A stretch of DNA of 64,000 nt from Euglena gracilis. Lineage: Eukaryota. Made by a program: the position numbers and the translations under genes. Position 1 is the first letter of the stretch; each line of letters opens with the position of its first letter. The stretch lies in the NCBI GenBank assembly GCA_039621445.1, contig CP154954.1, forward strand, positions 37,247,703 to 37,311,702, in the 5' to 3' direction. This document shows positions 57,639 to 64,000 of this stretch, one piece after another. Below the pieces are notes generated by a model that was not told the DNA's origin, made no database searches, and was given only the letters and a program-made list of their open reading frames with translations.

Positions 57639-58086
57639 TGGAGCAGGCTGTTGCTTAAAGACCCTGGGGGGGTCCTCTGGCTTGCCATTTTGCTAGACAA
57701 CGGAAAAAATGGAGCTAGACCCCCCTCCCCCCTGGGGGGGGAAGGGGTGTCCGAGGTCCCCCTGGCTGGGAAAAAAAGTTCCTCCAGCGCTGTGTGCCGA
57801 GGTGGACATGAGGTTTTTAGTGCATTTTTGGCCTATTTTGTTCCAAAAAAAATCCCCCAAAAAGCCGAAAATGGGCATTTTTGGCCAGTGTTGGGGGTCC
57901 AAAAAATTTTTGGCGCTTCGCGCTGGTCATTGGAAAAAGAAAACATTTTTCCACTAGCCAGCCTTGCCAGACCCCGGCGGGGGGGTCTGCCAGGGTAGGG
58001 TTTCCATCAGCCAAATTTGGACAAGCTGCAGTCCAGCCCCCCCTCCCCCAGGAGGGTGCTGAGAACCCTCAAGCAGAAGCCTGCTC
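57639..58086 (-). other. Euglenid non-conventional intron (448 nt)
   Basis: CAG at +4..+6 and CTG at -8..-6; AGCAGGCT/AGCCTGCT terminal pairing extended by TGCTTGAGG/CTTTAAGCA; 10-nt direct repeat at the junctions. Confidence 0.8.
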
Positions 58087-58157
58087 TGGAGGGCCAACCC
58101 CAGCGGGCCCACCCTTGGCCGCGCGGTCGGCATCGCCGCGAGGGCATGCAGGAGGTC
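58087..58157 (-). CDS. PDZ gene exon (DLLHALAAMPTARPRVGPLGLALQ)
   Basis: GPLGLAL resembles the PDZ carboxylate-binding loop; upstream intron 58158-58637 is non-GT-AG with CTG at -8..-6. Confidence 0.65.
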
Positions 58158-58637
58158 CCCCGCAGGGATGGGCGGATCCGGCAGGGGGTGCCCCCCCCCG
58201 TTCCGAACCCCCGCGTCCGCATACGTTGGGGTGTTGGGGGCCACTCGTCGGGTGTGCACTGCACGTCATCACTGCTCCCCGAATGACAACGAAGCGCAAT
58301 GCCCACAAATGCCGCAAATGCCATCTCTGACCCTCATACAAATGCACCAGGGACGGCGTGGAGCAACCGAAGGGAGACGAAGAAATCAAATTGACTGTTT
58401 GGAAAAGAACAGCGAAGATGAAAAAAAAACCCAGTAAGTCACTTGGATGGGGAGGGGCAGTTGATCAACCACTCAGTCAGTTAGCCCACTCTGGGGACAA
58501 AATGGGGGGAACTGGGTTCAGAACGTCAGAAACGCTTTCCTGTTGGAACAACGATGACCGGTATCCTGCTGCAGCATTCTAAGTGATGCCGGGAATTCCC
58601 GTGGGAGAGAGGTTTGAGACGGGTGAGGCGCCCCTTC

Positions 58638-58820
58638 CCCCGCGTGCTCCCCGCCAGGCGTGAGCGCCTGCCGCAGCGCCTCCTCCTCCAGCAGCAGGCG
58701 GCGCTGGTCCGCCACGCAGCGGAGGTCCGCCCTCAGGTCGTCCAGCGCGGCGGTGCGGTGCTGCAGCTCCGCAGCGAGGGCCCGGACCTCCGGCAGCGCG
58801 TCGGCGGGGGCCGGGCCGAA
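58638..58820 (-). CDS. Coiled-coil exon (FGPAPADALPEVRALAAELQHRTAALDDLRADL...EHAG)
   Basis: GC-rich coding bias, CAG acceptor, 183 nt in frame. Confidence 0.7.
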
Positions 58821-59305
58821 CTGCCGCGCCCACCGTGAGGGGGGGGGGGGGTTGCTTGGGGCCCAGGCTCGGCCCAGCCAAAGCGGGCTGGCTTCGGTTT
58901 GGCGCCCACTCAAGATTAAGCTCTTCTTGGGCATCTCGCACCACGCTGGAACGGTTCTTCGACACAGGAGCAGAACCAGGCAGACCTGCGCAATTTGCTG
59001 GGGGGAGAGGCAGATGACGAGCCTTAGGTGGATTATTCACAGTTGGTGTGCATGTTCCTCGGAAAGAATTTGGATTTCGGGTGGACAAAAATCCGTAAGG
59101 GGGAGAAAGCAAGCCGAAGGCTTTTCTGCTGCGGAGAGGGGGGAATGAAAATCTGTTGGCTGTGGTGTGCACAATATGCGAATTTGATGAAACCCTTGTT
59201 TCCCCAGCCTGGCAACACCCCTGTCCCCTGGGCTCTGGAGTTCAGTGTTCAGCCCAGGGTGGGGGTGGCAGAGCCGGCAGGGGCGTAGGGGCGGAGGCGG
59301 CTCAC

Positions 59306-59392
59306 CTCCTGCGCCAGCACGCAGATCTGCTCCTGGCGGCGGGTGTCGAAGGCGCGGACCACCTCCATCTCCGCCTCCAGGCGCTGGAGTTC
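59306..59392 (-). CDS. Coiled-coil exon (ELQRLEAEMEVVRAFDTRRQEQICVLAQE)
   Basis: ccgcag acceptor and GTGAGC donor, 87 nt. Confidence 0.8.
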
Positions 59393-59989
59393 CTGCGGCG
59401 GGGAGATACTGTCCCACTCTCCCCTTGCCACATGGCGCTTGGGGACATCACCCGAAAAATACAGTAGCTGCATCCTTCCAATGATGTGTTTGTTATTTGG
59501 TGGCTTTTTTTGGGCATATTGAGGGGGTACCAAGTTGCCCATGGGCAATTAATTAACCTTCCAAATAACCAAATACAAAGCCCCCCCTCTGGGGAAGTGC
59601 CACAGCGCCAGCGGCGTGGGATGGACGGGAAATTTACCATTTTGTGAAGATATCAGGAATCATTTCAGGCAATGAGCTTGACAATGTTGGTATAAAAAAA
59701 ATGTGTGCAATATATAAAATTGGTGTGCAATATCGCTTAAAAATGGCAGAATTTGGGCAAAAAAATGATTGCAAAATTCTGTTCGGAAAACCCAAATGCT
59801 TTGTCACAGAAATTTGATTTCCTGTCCAACTATAACCCCTCAAATATCAACCCCTCTGAGAGCTTTGAAATCCTGGGCCGATGTCGCTTTGTGTTCACCA
59901 GATTTTTACCAAGACCCTTGCTCTGGGGCCACATACACGCACGCACACACATATGTATCCCCTCCCCACATCCCAGGCACAGCACCGTA

Positions 59990-60023
<34 letters not shown>

Positions 60024-60370
60024 ATGCATAAGGGGGAACTGCAAACAACCACCAAATGCAAACAACTCTTATGAGAGATGAAATTTTCATTCAAAAAATG
60101 TGCTTTGAACGGCAAAATTTTCGACATAAAGCAAACTACATATTACAACTCCACATATAAAAAGCAACCCCAAACCCAAATATGTACAATAAACCCAAAT
60201 GAACGCTGTTATTCGGGGTGGGTACAGGAAAAATAATGTTTTGATGGTTTGACAATCAGGTGTGTCTGTGTTGTGCTGTGCTGTGGTGCTCAAACCCCCA
60301 CGTCCTCTTTGTCGACCATTCAACGCGGCGGTGTGACGGACACTCAGGCGAAAGCATGGACGGAGCACAC

Positions 60371-60553
60371 CTGCTCCTTCTCCGCCAGGTCCCTCTCCGT
60401 TGGGGCAATGGATCGCTCGCCGTCCATCAGCACCCAGTCGGGCGATGGGCCACGAGGGGAAGCGGTGGCGGCAGGCGCCCCATCCAGAAACAGACACACC
60501 TTGAATCCCTTTCTGGGTCTCGGAACCTCCAGACGGCCACAGGGGGCGCCATT

Positions 60554-60638
<85 letters not shown>

Positions 60639-63600
60639 GGGATGGGGGGCTGGGCGGGGGGCAGGAGGCGGGGCTGGCCAGCCCCGGCGTACTGGTAGAC
60701 CCGCCTTACCGTCTGCACCGTCACCTGCTGCTGGATGGAGGTGGCCTCGCGGCCGCCGTGGCTCGCTGGGCTGGGGCTGGCGGAGGGGGAGGGGGGCGGC
60801 AGCGGGGCTGGCCCGGGGGCAGGCCGCGGCGGGCCTGGAAGGCGAATGTGAACTCCCCCGGGGGAACGACCCGACTTTCTTTGCCGGGTCCCCTTTTGTT
60901 GGTCCTCGTCCGAGCGCCATCGGGGGGGGGGGGTGTCCCACCACAACGCCACCACAACGCCACTGAGTCACATTCGCACATTCCCGCCCCCCGCGTCACA
61001 CACGCCGGCCACCCCAGGCCGCGCCCTGCGCAGCGCCGCCGAGGCGGGGCAGGACGCGGTCGAGGTGGGCCTGCAGGGCGTCCGCCCGGTCCCGCTCCGC
61101 GTCCGCGGCGGCCTCCCACGCCGTGCCGCGCTGCACCGCGTCCTGCAGCTGCCGCTCCAGGTCCGCGTGGCGCTCCCGCCGGGCGTCCAGCTCCGCCCGC
61201 GTCTCCTCCAGCTGCCGCTCCATTGCCGCCAGGGGCCCGCCCCGCCACCGGGGCACCAACCTCCCCCCCCCCCGGCACATTGGCCTGGGCCATGTTGGCC
61301 CGGGAGGGTTGCGGTAGTGGGATGGACAGTAGTAGGAGGATCTCGATCCTCCTCGAACGTCGTTCGAGGTGGTTCGAGGAGGATCGAAATCCTCCTCGAA
61401 CGTCGTTCGAGGTCGTTCGAGGAGGATCAAAATCCTCCTCGAATGTCGTTCGAGGTCGTTCGAGGAGGAGTTCAATATCCTCCTCGAATGCGTTCAGGGA
61501 ATATTTTTGAATAAATGAGTGTATTCCTGCGAAGAAAAAATAGGTTTCTTTTAAAACGCGTGGAAAATTTCCCCCTACAGGCGCCTTCGGCGCCTCGCTC
61601 GGGTCCCCCCATGTTTTTAACCCTAGTTGGGCGACTCTTTGGGTTCGCTGTGTACCCTGTAGAGGGAAATATAGCAACGATGAGCGGGATGGTTGCAACC
61701 ATTGGGGATGAAATCTTAACCCTAACCCTATTCCTTCTAATAACCTTAGAAATTCTCTCGGTATATGAATATTTTTATTCATTATTTATTTGAATAAAAA
61801 TATTGATGCATGTGTGCATTCCTGCGTAAGAAAAGAACAAACAAGCAGAATCAAGAACAATGAACAATGGTAACAAACTCCCAAAAAAATTTGCAACGTT
61901 CCTGCGTAAGAAAAAAATGTTTCTTTTAAAACGCGTGGAAAATTTCCCCCTACAGGGTACCAGCTACCCCAAAGAGTCGCCCAACTAGGGTTAATACACC
62001 TGGGGGGACCCTCGCTCGGGTCCCCCCATGTTTTTAACCCTAGTTGGGCGACTCTTTGGGTTCGCTGTGTACCCTGTAGAGGGAAATATAGCAACGATGA
62101 GCGGGACGGTTGCAACCATTGGGGATGAAATCTTGACCCTAACCCTACTCCTTCTAATAACCTCAGAAATTCTCTCGGTATAAGAATATTTTTGAAAAAA
62201 AATATTTATGAACAAGTGCATTCCTCCGTAAGAAAAAAACAAACAAGCAGAATCAAGAACAATGAACCATGCTAACAAACCCCAAAAAAACTTGCAACTG
62301 AAACTTGAATGCATGTACGTAGGAGGAGGACCGAGATCCTCCTCGAACGTCGTTCGAGGTCGTTCGAGGAGGATCAAAATCCTCCTCGAACGTCGTTCGA
62401 GGTCGTTCGAGGAGGATCAAAATCCTCCTCAAACGTCGTTCGAGGTCGTTCGAGGAGGATCAAAATCCTCCTCAAATGTCGTTCGAGGTGGTTCGAGGAG
62501 GATCGAAATCCTCCTCGAATGTCGTTCGAGGTCATTCGAGGAGGATCAAAATCCTCCTCGAATGTCGTCCGAGGTCGTTCGAGGAGGATTTTAAGCCCCC
62601 CCCCCCTCGAAGAGGGGGGGGCTTAAAAACGTTCGAGGAGGTTCGAGCGCGAACGTTCGAGCTCGAACCTCCTCCTACTGTTACCCCCCCAAGTTGGCCC
62701 CAACAGGCCAGGGGGCCAACTTTGGGGGAAGAGCATGTTGACCCCAACAAGGGGGCAACAAGCTGGGGCCAACAAACAACATTTCTTCGGACATGATGTG
62801 GCTTGGGAAAGTACATATTGCAGTGGTCTCCCGGATCTGATTCCGCTTCGGTGGCCACGCAGTGACCCACACAAACAAGGGCTGTCACTGTGTGGCGGTC
62901 AGTGTCAGGATGGCAGCAGTGGCCTCCCACCCCAAACAGCACAGGATGGCCTTGGGTGGACCAGAGCATAGCTTTACGGGTCCAACCATCAGCTCCCCCT
63001 CCCCAACGTCTGCAAATCCCAGGCAGGGGTGGGACCCTGGGCTCCACCTCACGGGCGTGGACCTTCACCCAGTCCACCTGCCCCTGGTGGTCCCACTGGC
63101 GCCGGAAGTCCTGCCGCTGCGTCTCCAGCACGCCGGCAAGGTGCGCCGCCGCCTGCGCCCGCGTGGTGGCGGCGCCGGGCGACGCACTGGGGTCGGCACA
63201 GCCCCGTGGCTGGAGGCGATCATCGGGAGGGAGAAGCAAGCACGCACAGGGTATTAAGCGCGGTTCTCGACTGTGGGAAAGAAAACAGAGGAGGAAGAAC
63301 CCCAAAATGAGAAGATGTCACGCAGCTTTATTCTCCTGCGAGGAAAAACAAAACAACTCGCTGCGCCCCGTTTTTCTTTGCAGTTCAGATTTGTTGTCGC
63401 ATTGCATTGTAAATTGCATAAATTTGTAAATTGCACTGTTCCTCCACAGGGCGAGGGGGAGGGTTCCTGAAGGGCCGTCCAGCATTCCGTTGGGGTTGAC
63501 ACTGGAGTCAGCCCCGAGGGTGGCGGCAGCGGCGGGGGAGTCGGTGGGGGAGGCGCGCCGCTGCAAGGTGAGGAGGTCCACGCTGGAGTGCAGCTCCGCC

Positions 63601-63690
63601 AGCGCCCGGTGGGCCTCCGCCAGGGCTCCCTCCAGCCGCCGCACCTCCTCCGCCTGCCGCAGCGCCGCCTGCCGGGGCCCGCCCCCCCTG
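60371..63690 (-). CDS. Further upstream exons of the same gene (about 60371-60470, 60710-60850, 61020-61250, 63050-63220, 63520-63690); boundaries approximate
   Basis: GC-rich coiled-coil peptides such as [30 protein letters not shown] and [23 protein letters not shown], separated by repeat-rich introns. Confidence 0.6.
61330..62680. repeat. Intronic element with arrays of a roughly 43-bp palindromic unit at both ends and an internal duplication
   Basis: ATCCTCCTCGAACGTCGTTCGAGGTCGTTCGAGGAGGATCAAA units at 61330-61495 and 62330-62680; about 61545-61780 repeated at 61905-62190. Confidence 0.75.
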
Positions 63691-63697
63691 GCAACCG

Positions 63698-63717
63698 ACA
63701 CACACACAGACACACAG

Positions 63718-63752
<35 letters not shown>

Positions 63753-64000
63753 CACACACAGACACACACACACACAGACACACACACAGACACACACACA
63801 GACACACATACACCGACACACATACACAGACATACATACACAGACACACACACAGACACACACACAGACACACATACACAGACACACATACACAGACACA
63901 CATACACAGACACACAAACAGACACACATACACAGACACACATACACAGACACACACACAGACACACATACACAGACACACACACAGACGCACACACAGA
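63698..64000. repeat. (CA)n/(GA)n microsatellite; other CA/TG tracts at 11980-12010, 59993-60021 and 60555-60636
   Basis: Direct reading. Confidence 0.95.

Noticed and set aside
61330-62680. CRISPR array
   Set aside because: No unique spacers, no cas genes, and eukaryotic intronic context
60087-63997. Long ORFs of 200-416 aa on both strands
   Set aside because: Products of GC-rich exons and CA microsatellites lacking stops; only the spliced minus-strand exons are credible

Overview
Eukaryotic nuclear DNA, very likely from a euglenid. It contains three copies of the Euglena-type spliced-leader (SL) exon ACTTTCTGAGTGTCTATTTTTTTTCG, euglenid-type non-conventional introns and degenerate TTAGGG repeats. 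Two intron-rich host genes lie on the minus strand: an FHA-domain gene (ATG 14039, exons down to about 3565 or 2695) and a coiled-coil plus PDZ gene (ends 57150, starts beyond 63700). Between them is a roughly 40 kb nested retroelement cluster. It holds six CRE-clade-like non-LTR retrotransposons (RT plus restriction-like endonuclease), labelled E1-E4, E6 and E7, and one LTR element (26281-40353) that splits E3 and itself hosts E4. The main discovery candidate is a set of diverged RLE retrotransposons with three shared traits. (i) E2, E3 and E4 begin with the SL exon; in E4 the target-site duplication abuts it. (ii) They share a conserved leader of about 50 nt with a 4-codon uORF and potential pairing to the SL. 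(iii) They encode virus-like 2A (StopGo) peptides, up to three per ORF, separating variable low-complexity N-terminal modules from the RT-RLE; E1 and E6 also carry one each. Introns and flanks are full of MITE-like elements and microsatellites. All calls are by eye. Many frameshifts could be homopolymer sequencing errors.
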